Numbered from the stretch's first letter, positions 38,078-48,751 are shown. The stretch is 64,000 nt of DNA from Bacillota bacterium (GCA_033549305.1 JAWSUV010000001.1:18913-82912); one strand, 5' to 3'. The notes: generated by a model not told the origin, from the sequence alone. Made by a program: numbers and translations.

Positions 38078-38818
38078 TCATCGTTCTTGTTGCAATGTAT
38101 GAAGCCACTCCAGTTCCTCTTTGGTTAACAGCGATTCATCGATCAGATCAGGCCGTTTGAGCCAGGTTTCCCTGATAGCCTGATACTGGCGCCACTGTCG
38201 AATCTTCTCATGATGCCCCGATAAAAGCACTTCCGGAACCTGCAAATTTCTGAAAACCGGCGGCCTTGTATAGTGAGGATATTCCAGTAGTCCGCCATAA
38301 AGGGATTCTTCCTGATAGCTCAGATCTTCCTTCAGAACGCCTGGAATCATACGTGCGATGGCATCGACCATGACAGCTGCAGGCAGTTCTCCGCCCGTCA
38401 GGACGTAATCACCAATGGAAATCTCGTCGGTCACCAGTTCATCGATCACACGCTGGTCGACACCTTCATAATGACCGCACAGAATAATCAAAGATTTCTC
38501 CTGAGCCAGTTCTTCTGCCATCTGCTGTGTAAACAGTCGGCCTTTAGGTGTGCAGTAAATGGTTCTAACCGGCGCATCCGTGTGAAGCTGTTCTGTGACT
38601 GCTTCATGGACATTGAAAATGGGCTGAGGTGTCATCACCATACCGCATCCGCCGCCATAAGGGTAGTCATCGACACTTTTATGCCGGTTATCCGCATAGT
38701 CACGGATTTGATGACATATCACCTGCAACAGCTCCTGATCACATGCTCTTTTCAGGATACTGTGACTGAAAATCTGTTCCAGCATTTCAGGAAACAGTGT
38801 CAGTATATGAATGTTCAT
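38078..38818 (-). CDS. trmD: tRNA (guanine37-N1)-methyltransferase
   Basis: 246 aa, SPOUT/TrmD family (IILCGHYEGVDQRV, GDYVLTGGELPA). Confidence 0.97.
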   Translation of the reverse strand: MNIHILTLFPEMLEQIFSHSILKRACDQELLQVICHQIRDYADNRHKSVDDYPYGGGCGMVMTPQPIFNVHEAVTEQLHTDAPVRTIYCTPKGRLFTQQMAEELAQEKSLIILCGHYEGVDQRVIDELVTDEISIGDYVLTGGELPAAVMVDAIARMIPGVLKEDLSYQEESLYGGLLEYPHYTRPPVFRNLQVPEVLLSGHHEKIRQWRQYQAIRETWLKRPDLIDESLLTKEELEWLHTLQQER

Positions 38819-39318
38819 GACAACAATCCTTCAATCGGTTCAATGATCACCTGCTGTTCTTCAAGTGAGATCTTCTTGATGAAAGCTTTTACAGCAGGAA
38901 TCATCCATTCTTTCTTTCCGTCCAGTGAAGTGACCACATAGACGTCGTGAGCACCTGTGGAAATGACCTGCGTCAATGTTCCAACATGCTCTCCATCAGT
39001 GAGATAAATCTGAAGGCCCACCAGATCTTTAATGTAATACCGGTCTTCTTCCAGCTCAGGTCGCTGGGTTTCATCAGAGTACAGATGCTTCCCTCGTAGT
39101 GGTTCAACCTGTTCAATGCTGTCAAGACCCTCTAATTGGAGTATCAGGTCTTTCGGCCGGATTTTTATTTCCCTGATAATCCATTTTCGGTCGCTGCCCT
39201 CAATATAGACCCATTTCATGTTCTTGAACCGGTCTGAATCGTCAGTCATCGGATATACTTTTATCCCACCTCGGAGACCGTGAGTGCTGGTGATGACACC
39301 GACTTTTAAATAATCCAT
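38815..39318 (-). CDS. rimM: 16S rRNA processing protein RimM
   Basis: 167 aa with VGVITSTHGLRGGIKV, N-terminal RimM and C-terminal PRC barrel. 4-nt overlap with trmD. Confidence 0.95.
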   Translation of the reverse strand: MDYLKVGVITSTHGLRGGIKVYPMTDDSDRFKNMKWVYIEGSDRKWIIREIKIRPKDLILQLEGLDSIEQVEPLRGKHLYSDETQRPELEEDRYYIKDLVGLQIYLTDGEHVGTLTQVISTGAHDVYVVTSLDGKKEWMIPAVKAFIKKISLEEQQVIIEPIEGLLS

Positions 39319-39383
39319 TCCGCAACCTCCATCGCTGCTCCAAATCTGTGAAAACCTTGCAGCGCTGTTGGAACTTTCTGATG

Positions 39384-39611
39384 CTACAGGATTTCCACGA
39401 TCACTTTCTTACTTTCCTTTGTTGCTGCCGCTTTCACGACAGTGCGGATCGCTTTGGCAATCCGGCCTTGTTTTCCGATGACTTTTCCCATATCTTCAGG
39501 CGCCACACGAAGCTCAATAAGAATCGAAGAACTGCCTTCCACTTCGTTGACCTGCACCTGATCCGGATGGTCCACCAGGGCTTTCGCAATTAATTCTACC
39601 AGATAGCCCAT
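39384..39611 (-). CDS. ylqC: KH-domain RNA-binding protein (YlqC/UPF0109)
   Basis: 75 aa with the KH GxxG loop [12 protein letters not shown]. Conserved position between rpsP and rimM. Confidence 0.9.
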   Translation of the reverse strand: MGYLVELIAKALVDHPDQVQVNEVEGSSSILIELRVAPEDMGKVIGKQGRIAKAIRTVVKAAATKESKKVIVEIL

Positions 39612-39642
39612 GTCTCGATCCTCCCTTGTTCATCAGGTACTG

Positions 39643-39888
39643 TTACTCCAGGATACCGTTGTTCTTCAGCAGAACACGGACTGTTTCAGTGGGTTTTGCC
39701 CCATTGGATAACCATTTCTGTGCTTTTTCCTGATCGATTTTGATTTCCTTGGGTTCTGATACAGGATTATAGAAACCAATTTCTTCAATAAATCGTCCAT
39801 CCCGCGGAGAACGGCTGTCTGCCACAACAATCCGGTAGAAAGGACGTTTCTTGGCACCCATTCTTTTCAGTCGAATTTTCACTGCCAT
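39643..39888 (-). CDS. rpsP: 30S ribosomal protein S16
   Basis: 81 aa with [35 protein letters not shown]. Confidence 0.98.
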   Translation of the reverse strand: MAVKIRLKRMGAKKRPFYRIVVADSRSPRDGRFIEEIGFYNPVSEPKEIKIDQEKAQKWLSNGAKPTETVRVLLKNNGILE

Positions 39889-39947
39889 GTTATTTCACCT
39901 CCCTTTCATGACGTACTGACATTCATGCAACGTTTATGATTGAAGGC

Positions 39948-41294
39948 TTACATGCCCGGAAAAGGCATTTTAAACCGTCCACCCTTTTTCATTCCTTTTT
40001 CCATATCCATAAACTGCTTCATCATTTTTTTGGTTTGCTCAAACTGCTTCAACAGCTTATTCACCTGCTGGATCGTTGTGCCGCTCCCGGCGGCAATGCG
40101 TTTTCGCCGGCTGCCGTTTATCAGCCCGGGATTGATGCGTTCATCCCTGGTCATGGACTGTATAATGGCTTCAATATACACCAGTTCCCTGTCATCCACA
40201 TCCAGATTTTTTAACTGCTTATTGCCCATACCCGGAATCATTTGCAGAATCTGGCTCATTGAACCCATATTTTTCATTTGCTGCAGCTGGTCAAGAAAAT
40301 CATCGAAGGTAAACTGCTGCGTTCTCATTTTCTTTTCCAGTTCCTGGGCCTTATTCATGTCAATGTTTGTCTGTGCTTTTTCAATCAGACTGAGCATATC
40401 ACCCATACCCAGGATTCGGGATGCCATCCGATCGGGGAAAAAGGGTTCGAATTCATCAACTTTTTCTCCCATGCCGACAAACTTAATCGGCTTTTGTGTC
40501 ACAGCGCGAACAGAAAGAGCCGCACCTCCCCGAGTATCCCCATCCAGTTTGGTAAGAATAACGCCGTCAATCCCGATCTTTTCATGAAACTCCTGGGCTA
40601 CGTTAACGGCATCCTGGCCTGTCATGGCGTCAACCACCAGCAGGATCTCCTGAGGTTTCACCGATGCCTTGATTTGCTGCAGTTCCTCCATCAACACTTC
40701 ATCAATATGAAGCCGTCCGGCGGTATCAATGATCACGGTGTCCAATCCCAGCCTGCTGGCGTGTTCAATCGCCGCCCGGGCAATGTGAACGGGACTGGTA
40801 ACATCACCCATTGCAAAAACCGGCACATCAATTTTTTCACCGACGGTTTGCAGCTGCTGAATAGCCGCCGGCCGATAAACATCACAGGCTGCCAACAACG
40901 GATTCTTTTGCTGTTTTTTTAAAAGCTTGGCCAGTTTACCACAGGTGGTTGTTTTCCCCGAACCCTGCAAACCTACCATCATATACACTGAAGGGGGCTT
41001 GGAAGAAAAGGTCAATTTGCTTTGTCCGCTGCCCATCAACGCTGTTAATTCTTCATTGACAATTTTAATCACATGCTGCCCCGGAGTCAGGCTTTGCATA
41101 ACCTCGGAGCCAATCGCGCGCTCTGTTACCCGCTGAATAAAATCTTTGACAACCTTAAAGTTAACGTCTGCTTCCAAAAGCGCCAGTTTCACTTCACGCA
41201 TGGCTTCTTTGAGGTCTTTTTCCGTCAGTTTTCCTTTTCCCTTCAGTTTTTGAAGCGTATTTTGCAGTTTTTCAGACAGTCCTTCAAAAATCAT
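39948..41294 (-). CDS. ffh: signal recognition particle protein Ffh
   Basis: 448 aa. NG domain (GLQGSGKTT, DTAGR, TKLDGD) and a Met-rich M domain. Confidence 0.98.
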   Translation of the reverse strand: MIFEGLSEKLQNTLQKLKGKGKLTEKDLKEAMREVKLALLEADVNFKVVKDFIQRVTERAIGSEVMQSLTPGQHVIKIVNEELTALMGSGQSKLTFSSKPPSVYMMVGLQGSGKTTTCGKLAKLLKKQQKNPLLAACDVYRPAAIQQLQTVGEKIDVPVFAMGDVTSPVHIARAAIEHASRLGLDTVIIDTAGRLHIDEVLMEELQQIKASVKPQEILLVVDAMTGQDAVNVAQEFHEKIGIDGVILTKLDGDTRGGAALSVRAVTQKPIKFVGMGEKVDEFEPFFPDRMASRILGMGDMLSLIEKAQTNIDMNKAQELEKKMRTQQFTFDDFLDQLQQMKNMGSMSQILQMIPGMGNKQLKNLDVDDRELVYIEAIIQSMTRDERINPGLINGSRRKRIAAGSGTTIQQVNKLLKQFEQTKKMMKQFMDMEKGMKKGGRFKMPFPGM

Positions 41295-41308
41295 TGCGCA
41301 TAACTCCT

Positions 41309-41686
41309 TTAAGAAGTGCTGATTTGATAAAGTTGTTCCAGCGATTCTTTCATCTGTTTGAGTTGATCCAGTGCATCTTCCATATCAGGATTGTCTGCCA
41401 GCCGATATTCCAGGTTCGCAGCCATCTGCTTTAAGGATAGAATAAGGCGGCTCTGTCGTTGAAATGTCTGCAATAGCATCATTTTAGCTTCATATTGTTC
41501 CAGTATATGGACCGTTCGCTTCAAATGATCATACACACCCTGGCGCGAGATCTGGAGCTCCTCCGCAATCTCGGCCAGTGTTAAGTCCTGATTGTAATAG
41601 AGATCCATCATCTGGCGCTGCTTGTCTGTCAGTAGTGACTGGTAGCAATCGAACAGCATGACACAGTTTGTATTTTTATCAATCAT
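41309..41686 (-). CDS. ylxM: YlxM/p13-like putative DNA-binding protein (UPF0122)
   Basis: 125 aa with a sigma-70 region-4-like HTH (LTLAEIAEELQISRQGVYDHLKR). Immediately upstream of ffh. Confidence 0.88.
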   Translation of the reverse strand: MIDKNTNCVMLFDCYQSLLTDKQRQMMDLYYNQDLTLAEIAEELQISRQGVYDHLKRTVHILEQYEAKMMLLQTFQRQSRLILSLKQMAANLEYRLADNPDMEDALDQLKQMKESLEQLYQISTS

Positions 41687-41732
41687 GATATCCCACCACT
41701 GTAAAGGTTGTTTGCTTTATCGGCACATGCAC

Positions 41733-41761
41733 ATTCTAAAGGATTTTCATTGCATTGTCAA
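41733..41761 (-). promoter_or_regulatory. sigma-A type promoter for ylxM-ffh-rpsP...
   Basis: Minus strand reads TTGACA-17 nt-TAGAAT in the ftsY-ylxM spacer. Confidence 0.65.
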
Positions 41762-41785
41762 CCATTATTGCTTTACTTTTTTTCA

Positions 41786-42721
41786 CTACTCATCACCCAG
41801 CAAAGCATCTGCAAAGGATTTGGCGTCAAAAGGCTGCAAATCATCCAGTTGTTCTCCCACGCCAATCATTTTAACCGGGATGCCCATGCTTCGAACAATC
41901 GACATAATAATGCCGCCTTTTGCTGTTCCATCCAGTTTTGTCAGAACAATACCGGTAATACCCGCTACCTCACCAAATACTTTTGCCTGTTGCAGTGCGT
42001 TTTGTCCGGTCGTGGCGTCCAGCACCAGCAGCACTTCTTTCCGGGCTTCAGGATACTCCCGGTCGATTACCCGAAAAATTTTCCCCAGTTCATTCATAAG
42101 ATTTTTTTTATTGTGCAGCCGCCCTGCAGTATCACAGATCAGAACGTCACTGCCGCGTGCCCTGGCTGCATGGATCGCGTCAAAGATGACCGCCGCCGGA
42201 TCAGCTCCCTCCTGGTGACGGATCACAGGTACACCACTGCGTTGGCCCCAGATTTCCAGTTGATCAATGGCTCCAGCCCGAAAAGTGTCACCGGCGGCCA
42301 GTATCACTTTTTTACCCTGTCCCTTGAAATAATGGGTGAGTTTTCCGATGGTCGTCGTTTTTCCGACACCATTGACTCCCACCACCAGGACAACTGCAGG
42401 CGCAGGGTCGATATTGATGGTCTGGTCTCCTGCTGTCAGTAATTCTACCATCAGATCTTTTAGCAATGACTTGACTATCTGCGGATCATCCGTTTTCCCC
42501 TCCCTTACGCGCTGTTTTAAAGAGGTCATCAGCTCCATGGTGGTTTCAAAACCGATATCAGCAGTAATCAATATTTCTTCCAGATCATCATAAAAGTCAT
42601 CGTCAAGTATTTCATATCCATTGACCAATGCATCAATCCGATCAGTCAATTCACGGGATGTTTTGCTCAGACCTTCCTTTAACCGTTGAAAGATGCCGGT
42701 CGCTTTTGATGATTCGTTCAT
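41786..42721 (-). CDS. ftsY: signal recognition particle receptor FtsY (short, NG-only form)
   Basis: 311 aa with GVNGVGKTT, DTAGR and TKLDGT. Confidence 0.97.
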   Translation of the reverse strand: MNESSKATGIFQRLKEGLSKTSRELTDRIDALVNGYEILDDDFYDDLEEILITADIGFETTMELMTSLKQRVREGKTDDPQIVKSLLKDLMVELLTAGDQTINIDPAPAVVLVVGVNGVGKTTTIGKLTHYFKGQGKKVILAAGDTFRAGAIDQLEIWGQRSGVPVIRHQEGADPAAVIFDAIHAARARGSDVLICDTAGRLHNKKNLMNELGKIFRVIDREYPEARKEVLLVLDATTGQNALQQAKVFGEVAGITGIVLTKLDGTAKGGIIMSIVRSMGIPVKMIGVGEQLDDLQPFDAKSFADALLGDE

Positions 42722-42756
42722 GCGTTATTCCTCCTCTTCCGATGATGATGGACGCA

Positions 42757-45700
42757 TCAGCCGGCGATCATGTTTTCTTCAATCTCCTGAAGCTTCAGGG
42801 TCAGCATCTTTGATATTCCTTTTTCCTGCATGGTGATGCCGTAGAGTGTCTGTGCCCGTTCCATGGTTTGTTTTTTATGGGTGACTACCACAAACTGAAT
42901 TTCTGATGACAACGTCACCAGATAATCCGCAAATCGACTGACGTTGGCGTCATCCAGGGCTGCTTCTATTTCATCAAGTACACAAAAAGGCGACGGTTTG
43001 ACCAGCAGAATCCCAAACAGGAGTGAGATAGCCGTCAACGCCTTTTCGCCACCTGACAGCAATGATAAATGCTGGGATTTCTTGCCTGGCGGCTGGGCGA
43101 TAATTTCTATGCCAGTGGTTAACAGATCTTCAGGATTCTGCAAAACCAATTCAGTGTTTCCTCCATGAAAGAGTCGTTGAAACACTTCATTGAACCGCAC
43201 CTGGATTTTGTCAAATTGTTCCCGAAACTGTTGTATCATATGGGTTTCCAGTTCTGAGATAATGCGTTCAAGTGATTCTTTTGCATCCAGCATATCCTGT
43301 TGCTGCTTGATCAGAAAATCGAACCGTTCTTTGACGCGTTTGTATTCATCCAATGCACCGACATGGACATCTCCGAGACTCAGCATTTCTCTTTTAAATG
43401 CATTCAAGTCTGAGGGTTTAAGTCCGTGCTCCGAATGGCTCTTTAACCAGATCCGAGCCTGTGTCGGGTTAAACTGATGCTGTTCCAGGAGCTTTTCTTC
43501 TACCTGTTGAAGCTGCCATTCCTGCTTTGACAGGCGAATTTCTGCCTGATGCATTTTTTCTCTGATTCCCTCAAGCGTTTCTTTCAGTTGCTGAATATCC
43601 TCTCGAAGCCCCTTTAATGCCTGCTGCTTATCTTCTTTCATTTTCTTCAACTGCTGTTCTTTTTTTTGTTCTTCTTCAATCGTTTCCAGCAATTGTTGAA
43701 TGGATACAGCCAGCACTTCCATTTCCTTTGAAATCGCAGCTTCCCGTTCATCGATTGACTGTGCTTCCTGATCCATTGTTTTTTGCTTTTTGCTGATCAT
43801 CTGTAACCGATCTTCACTGGCCGTTCTTTCAGTTGCAAGTGATTTTCCTTTTTCATTGTGCTCTGCTATTTCAACCTGCAATTGGTTGAGCAGTTGAGAG
43901 AGTTGCTCCATCTGCTGCTGCATCAACCGCTGTGTCGTGGCCTCCTTCTCGACATCTGCACGAACATCCGCCAGGGTTTTCTCTTTTTCTGTCAACTTAT
44001 TGTGTAGGTGCTGCGTATCGCTGATCAGATCTCCTATGTGCAGTGACAATTGTTTCTTCTCATCTTCCAGACGCTGCTGTTGATGCCGTTGTTCTTCAAG
44101 CTGCCGCGCAAAGCCCTGGCTGTCACTTTCAACCCTGACAGCGGTCTGTTCTTCCTGGGACAGTTCCTGCTTTCTTTCATGAAGAAGACTCATCAGTCTT
44201 CCCTGATCCTCCATCAGTTGTTCCCGTCTGGTTTCCAGATCATTTCGCTTAGCCGCCAATTCATGAATCTGATTTCCCAGTTCTTCAATCTCGCGTTTTC
44301 TTACCAGCAAACCATCCTGCTGATGAGAAACACTCCCGCCTGTCATGGATCCACCCGGCTGAATCAGGTCTCCATCCAGGGTTGTGATTTTAATCTGGTG
44401 TCTGAAATCCCGCGCGATTTGAATAGCCGTGTCAAGCTGTCCCGCGATGATAACCCGTCCAAGCAGATTTTCAAAGATGGATTGATAGGGACTGGGGTAA
44501 CTGATCCGGTCCAATGCACAGGTTGTGTTGGGATATTTCTCCAGGCTCTGTAGTTCCTGATTGCGTAGTTGGCGTCCCTTAATGACGTTGATGGGTAAAA
44601 TGGTGACCCTGCCCTGATGGTTCTTTTTCAGATATTCAATAATTTTCTTGGCCTGAGCCTCTTCATCTGTCACCAAATATTGAAGTGCAGGACCCAGGGC
44701 TGTTTCAACCGCAGTTTCATATCCCTTTGGAACCCGGATCAAGTCAGCGACTACGCCATGGAAACCCTGGGAAAGATGGGGCTGCTGTTGAACTGCCCGC
44801 AAGACATTTTTAACTCCCCGCTGAAAACCTTCAAAGGATTTCTCCATATTGACAAGGGTATTTTTACGGTGCAGTGATCGGTCATGCTCCTGTGAAGTAC
44901 TGTAGATGTCACGCTCAAGCGAAGTAATGTGCTCCTCCTTCTGCTTTACAAACTCCTGCTGCTGCTGAATTTCTTCCTTCAGTTTTTCCACATGTTGTTT
45001 AATGCTCATTTTCTGTTTCATCAAGCTTTCGTATTGTTCTTTTGCGACAGTGGTTGTCTGCCGAACACGATCCAGTTCAGCTTCCAGTTGCCGGTGCCGC
45101 TCAGCAGCAGCATCCTGCAACGCTTGGATCCTTTCTTTCCTGGCTTTTAATCCGGCAATATCATTCAAGGTTTCAATAATGCCCGCTTTGTTGTCTTCCA
45201 ACAGCTCATGACGTGATTTCAGTTGTTGCGTTTCAACAACGATTCGTTCTTTCAGTGCCGACAACTTCTCGTTTTTCTCCAGTATTAATTCCTGATGCTG
45301 CATCATCGCCTGCTCAAGCTGAAGAAAGCGCGCTGTTTCTTTCTCGCTTTCCTGCTGCATCGCCAGAGCATCCGTTTTCAAGCGATGGCGCTGTTCACCG
45401 AGATGGTCTCTTGCCTGCTCTTTGAGCCGCCGTAGCGTCCTGGTTTCTTCCGTACGGTTTTCAATGTCCCGGATTCGCTGATCCAGCGTATCTTTTTCCT
45501 GCTGGCACTGTTCAATGTATATAACCGCCTTTTGCTCTTCTTCCTCAACATTTTCAAGATCTTGATGAATAGAATGAAGGTTATTCTCCCATTCTTCCTG
45601 TTCCCGTTCAATTTGTGTCATGGCTCCTTTAGTTTTGTCATATTCACGAATAAAGGCATCCACTTCCAGCAATGCTACTTTTTCCCGAAGCATCAGGTAT

Positions 45701-46341
45701 TTTTCGGCTTTGTCCGCCTGTTTTTTTAACGGTTCAATTTGCTCTTCCAATTCAAGCAGAATGTCCTTCAGTCGACTGAGATTTTCATCTGTCTGTCCCA
45801 TTTTTTTTGCCGCTTCTTCTTTTCGGGTGCGGTATTTAACGATACCGGCTGCTTCATCAAACAACAGCCTGCGTTCATCTCCCCGCTGGCTGAGAAGTTC
45901 ATCTATTCTCCCCTGGCCGATAATGGAATAGCCCTCTTTACCGATACCGGTATCCATCAGGAGTTCCCGCACGTCTTTTAAACGGCATTTGGTTCGATTC
46001 AAATAGTATTCGCTTTCTCCCGAACGATAGACCCGCCGTGTAATGGCCACTTCCTGGTATGGTATCGGAAGAAGTGCACTGTTGTTATCAAAAACAATGG
46101 TGACTTCAGCTAATCCCTGAGGTTTTTTTCGATCTGTACCTGAAAAAATGATATCTTCCATTTTCTGGCCCCGGAGGCTTCGGGCACTTTGTTCGCCCAA
46201 TACCCACCGAATCGCATCTGCGATATTGCTTTTACCGCAGCCATTTGGGCCTACCACCGCTGTGATGCCTTTATCAAAATGGAGTTCAGCCCGTTGAGCA
46301 AAAGACTTGAATCCCTTCATTTCAATTTTTTTAAGATGCAC
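42757..46341 (-). CDS. smc: chromosome segregation protein SMC
   Basis: Walker A GPNGCGKSN, long coiled coils with a central hinge, signature LSGGEKALTA and Walker B VLDEIEAALD. The GTG start at 46341 lies 7 nt after AGGAGGG, giving VHLKKIEMKGFKSF. The ORF-track ATG at 46365 precedes that Shine-Dalgarno. Confidence 0.96.
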   Translation of the reverse strand: MHLKKIEMKGFKSFAQRAELHFDKGITAVVGPNGCGKSNIADAIRWVLGEQSARSLRGQKMEDIIFSGTDRKKPQGLAEVTIVFDNNSALLPIPYQEVAITRRVYRSGESEYYLNRTKCRLKDVRELLMDTGIGKEGYSIIGQGRIDELLSQRGDERRLLFDEAAGIVKYRTRKEEAAKKMGQTDENLSRLKDILLELEEQIEPLKKQADKAEKYLMLREKVALLEVDAFIREYDKTKGAMTQIEREQEEWENNLHSIHQDLENVEEEEQKAVIYIEQCQQEKDTLDQRIRDIENRTEETRTLRRLKEQARDHLGEQRHRLKTDALAMQQESEKETARFLQLEQAMMQHQELILEKNEKLSALKERIVVETQQLKSRHELLEDNKAGIIETLNDIAGLKARKERIQALQDAAAERHRQLEAELDRVRQTTTVAKEQYESLMKQKMSIKQHVEKLKEEIQQQQEFVKQKEEHITSLERDIYSTSQEHDRSLHRKNTLVNMEKSFEGFQRGVKNVLRAVQQQPHLSQGFHGVVADLIRVPKGYETAVETALGPALQYLVTDEEAQAKKIIEYLKKNHQGRVTILPINVIKGRQLRNQELQSLEKYPNTTCALDRISYPSPYQSIFENLLGRVIIAGQLDTAIQIARDFRHQIKITTLDGDLIQPGGSMTGGSVSHQQDGLLVRKREIEELGNQIHELAAKRNDLETRREQLMEDQGRLMSLLHERKQELSQEEQTAVRVESDSQGFARQLEEQRHQQQRLEDEKKQLSLHIGDLISDTQHLHNKLTEKEKTLADVRADVEKEATTQRLMQQQMEQLSQLLNQLQVEIAEHNEKGKSLATERTASEDRLQMISKKQKTMDQEAQSIDEREAAISKEMEVLAVSIQQLLETIEEEQKKEQQLKKMKEDKQQALKGLREDIQQLKETLEGIREKMHQAEIRLSKQEWQLQQVEEKLLEQHQFNPTQARIWLKSHSEHGLKPSDLNAFKREMLSLGDVHVGALDEYKRVKERFDFLIKQQQDMLDAKESLERIISELETHMIQQFREQFDKIQVRFNEVFQRLFHGGNTELVLQNPEDLLTTGIEIIAQPPGKKSQHLSLLSGGEKALTAISLLFGILLVKPSPFCVLDEIEAALDDANVSRFADYLVTLSSEIQFVVVTHKKQTMERAQTLYGITMQEKGISKMLTLKLQEIEENMIAG

Positions 46342-46380
46342 TGATGATCCCTCCTGAAGCCTCAATATGCAGTACGATCC

Positions 46381-47103
46381 TCATTTAACAGCCCGTTGTT
46401 TCATGCTGGATATGGCTGCTCTGGCCGCATTCTGTTCGGCTTCCTTTTTGTTCTTTCCCTGCCCGTTTCCCAGCATCTGCTCTCCGGCCCGCACTTCAAT
46501 ATAAAATGTTTTATTATGGTCAGGACCTTCCTCATTGACCACCAGGTATTCGATCTTATCCTGAGTATTGCACTGAAGTATTTCCTGGAGCTTTGTTTTA
46601 TAATCAGACATCAAATCGCCGCTGGCGGCCAGATCGATTAAATCCTTAAAGTTATCAATGACAAAAGCCTCGGCATGTAAATAGCCGCCATCCAGATAAA
46701 TGGCAGCAATCAACGATTCCAGTCCGTCCGCAAGGATCGATTCCCGGTCTCTGCCACCGCTGCTTTCCTCACCTCTCCCCAATAACAGGTGTTTCCCAAT
46801 GTCGATACGGCGCGCCTTCAACGCCAATGATGTTTCACACACAACATTTGCTCTCACTTTCGTCAATTCACCTTCGGGCAGATGATGATAAGTCTCAAAG
46901 ATATAATGGCTGATGATGAGGCTCAGCACTGAATCTCCCAGAAATTCAAGCCGTTCATTATCCCGCATTCTTCTATGCTTCCATTCATTGGCAAAGGAAC
47001 TGTGTGTAAGAGCTTCCAGCAAGATGTCTTCCTTTTTAAAACAATATCCTATCCGCTGCTGAAGTATTGTGATGGTTTTTTTCCACTTATCCAGTTCCCT
47101 CAT
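46381..47103 (-). CDS. rnc: ribonuclease III
   Basis: 240 aa with catalytic signature NERLEFLGDSVL and a C-terminal dsRBD. Confidence 0.97.
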   Translation of the reverse strand: MRELDKWKKTITILQQRIGYCFKKEDILLEALTHSSFANEWKHRRMRDNERLEFLGDSVLSLIISHYIFETYHHLPEGELTKVRANVVCETSLALKARRIDIGKHLLLGRGEESSGGRDRESILADGLESLIAAIYLDGGYLHAEAFVIDNFKDLIDLAASGDLMSDYKTKLQEILQCNTQDKIEYLVVNEEGPDHNKTFYIEVRAGEQMLGNGQGKNKKEAEQNAARAAISSMKQRAVK

Positions 47104-48119
47104 CTGGATTCCTCCCCAGGAGGCTGATCAGTTGTTGTCGGCAGTTGACTGATGATATGGCTGACCAATTGATTTTCAAAAGATATTTTTGCCTGGCGAA
47201 CCGCGTTTTTAATGGCTTTGGCATTGGAGCTTCCGTGAGCTTTGATCAGAAGTCCGTTTACCCCCAAAAAGGGAACCCCTCCATGTTCTGCATAATCAAA
47301 TTGTTTCTTGAGAGCCTTTAGTCCTGGTTTTGCAAGCAAAGCACCTGCTTTCGTCCGCCAGGTGCGCATCAATTCCTGTTTCAGTGTATCTCCAAATGTC
47401 TGGGCTACTCCTTCATACAGTTTCAGGATAATGTTTCCGGTAAAGCCATCACAGACGATTACATCTGCTACTCCCGCAGGAATATCGCGGGCTTCAATAT
47501 TGCCCGCAAATCCAATTTCCGCGTCATTCAACAGTTGATAGGCAGCTTTACTGAGTTCGTTCCCTTTCTCCTCCTCCGCTCCCACATTCACCAAACAGAT
47601 TTTAGGCTTGTCCATTCCTGCCATGGTTTGCATGTAACTGTTCCCCATCCTGGCAAAGTCAAGCAGGTGCTGTGGTTTGCAGTCTGCATTCGCACCAGCG
47701 TCAATCAACAGGGAAATTCCTTTGGGAGTTGGAAACGGTACAGCCAGGGCCGGTCGGGTGATTCCTTTGATTCGTCCCAGAATAAAAAGGCCGCCGGCCA
47801 GCAGCGCCCCCGTATTTCCGGCAGAAATCACCGCATCAGCTTCACCATCCTTCACCATTTGGAAAGCAACGGACATGGATGATTGTTTCTTTTGCCGCAG
47901 TGCCACAGATGGTTTATCATGATTTTCGATTACTTCAGAACAGTGAATGACTGTCACCTGATCTGCAATCATTCCAAGCCGATGAATTTCCCGATGAACG
48001 ATTTCTTCCCGTCCGGTTAGAATCACGTGCACATCCAATTCCTGAACGGCTTGGAGAGCGCCTGCCACTGTTACTTCCGGTCCGTAATCGCCACCCATGG
48101 CATCGATGACAACTCTCAT
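47100..48119 (-). CDS. plsX: phosphate acyltransferase PlsX
   Basis: 339 aa with the MRVVIDAMGGDYGP N-terminus typical of PlsX. 4-nt overlaps with fapR and rnc. Confidence 0.96.
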   Translation of the reverse strand: MRVVIDAMGGDYGPEVTVAGALQAVQELDVHVILTGREEIVHREIHRLGMIADQVTVIHCSEVIENHDKPSVALRQKKQSSMSVAFQMVKDGEADAVISAGNTGALLAGGLFILGRIKGITRPALAVPFPTPKGISLLIDAGANADCKPQHLLDFARMGNSYMQTMAGMDKPKICLVNVGAEEEKGNELSKAAYQLLNDAEIGFAGNIEARDIPAGVADVIVCDGFTGNIILKLYEGVAQTFGDTLKQELMRTWRTKAGALLAKPGLKALKKQFDYAEHGGVPFLGVNGLLIKAHGSSNAKAIKNAVRQAKISFENQLVSHIISQLPTTTDQPPGEESR

Positions 48120-48709
48120 TCTGTTTCCCCCTTTTCAGCATCCAAGTCCACCAGGATAAATTTTCCGCGAAAGACTTGGATTTGTTTTGTACTTATTCTT
48201 ACATGAATAAAGTGTTTGTTACCTCTCACCCTCACCACTTCGGCTTTGGCTACAAGTTTGTCGCCAGCCTCCACGGGATGCAGGTATTTAATGTTTGAAA
48301 CACCCGTCAAAGCAACGCTGGCATCAATGACTGCCATGGCAAGGGTTTCTGCCTGTGAATAGATGTGATGACCCATGACCATACTGGTTTTTTTGAATGC
48401 CATGTCATCATTTGTATCAAGGATGGATATGCCGGTCACACCCAGGTTCAGGTCAATCAGCTCACCAACGATTTCCGCGCCTGACATGCTGCGTACTTTT
48501 GCATAATTCTCAGAAGCTGCATGACGCATCCGTTCACGCAGTTCCGGAATGCCCAGCTCCAGGCGATCGAGCCGAATTGTCTGGATGCTGACTTCAAATC
48601 GAACAGACAGATCTTCATCTGTCAGAAAGGGATCCGAATCCATCAACAGCCTCAACTCATCCTGACGTTGTTTTTTTGATTTTTTTAACGTTTGTTGGAC
48701 TGAGTTCAT
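48116..48709 (-). CDS. fapR: fatty acid / phospholipid biosynthesis regulator FapR
   Basis: N-terminal HTH (LSVRFEVSIQTIRLDRLELGIPELRERM, nearly identical to the B. subtilis FapR pattern) plus a C-terminal hot-dog thioesterase-like domain. The ATG at 48709 lies 5 nt after GGGGTGA. Confidence 0.92.
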   Translation of the reverse strand: MNSVQQTLKKSKKQRQDELRLLMDSDPFLTDEDLSVRFEVSIQTIRLDRLELGIPELRERMRHAASENYAKVRSMSGAEIVGELIDLNLGVTGISILDTNDDMAFKKTSMVMGHHIYSQAETLAMAVIDASVALTGVSNIKYLHPVEAGDKLVAKAEVVRVRGNKHFIHVRISTKQIQVFRGKFILVDLDAEKGETE

Positions 48710-48730
48710 TATCATCACCCCTGATTACAA

Positions 48731-48747
48731 TTAGTACCTGATGCTAA
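48731..48747. promoter_or_regulatory. candidate FapR operator (17-bp imperfect palindrome)
   Basis: TTAGTACCTGATGCTAA has half-sites TTAGTA and TTAGCA (reverse complement). It lies immediately downstream of the predicted fapR -10. It matches, from memory and with about 2 mismatches, the TTAGTAC...ACTAA FapR box described for Bacillus and Staphylococcus. Confidence 0.55.
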
Positions 48748-48751
48748 TCCC

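Noticed and set aside
39940-40922. 215-aa and 214-aa plus-strand ORFs opposite ffh.
   Set aside because: They are antisense shadows of ffh. The sequences are Cys/Phe/Ser-rich with no supporting signals.
41658-42442. Two long plus-strand ORFs (186 and 244 aa) opposite ftsY.
   Set aside because: They are mutually overlapping antisense shadows of ftsY and ylxM and span the ylxM promoter region. No domain-like sequence is visible.
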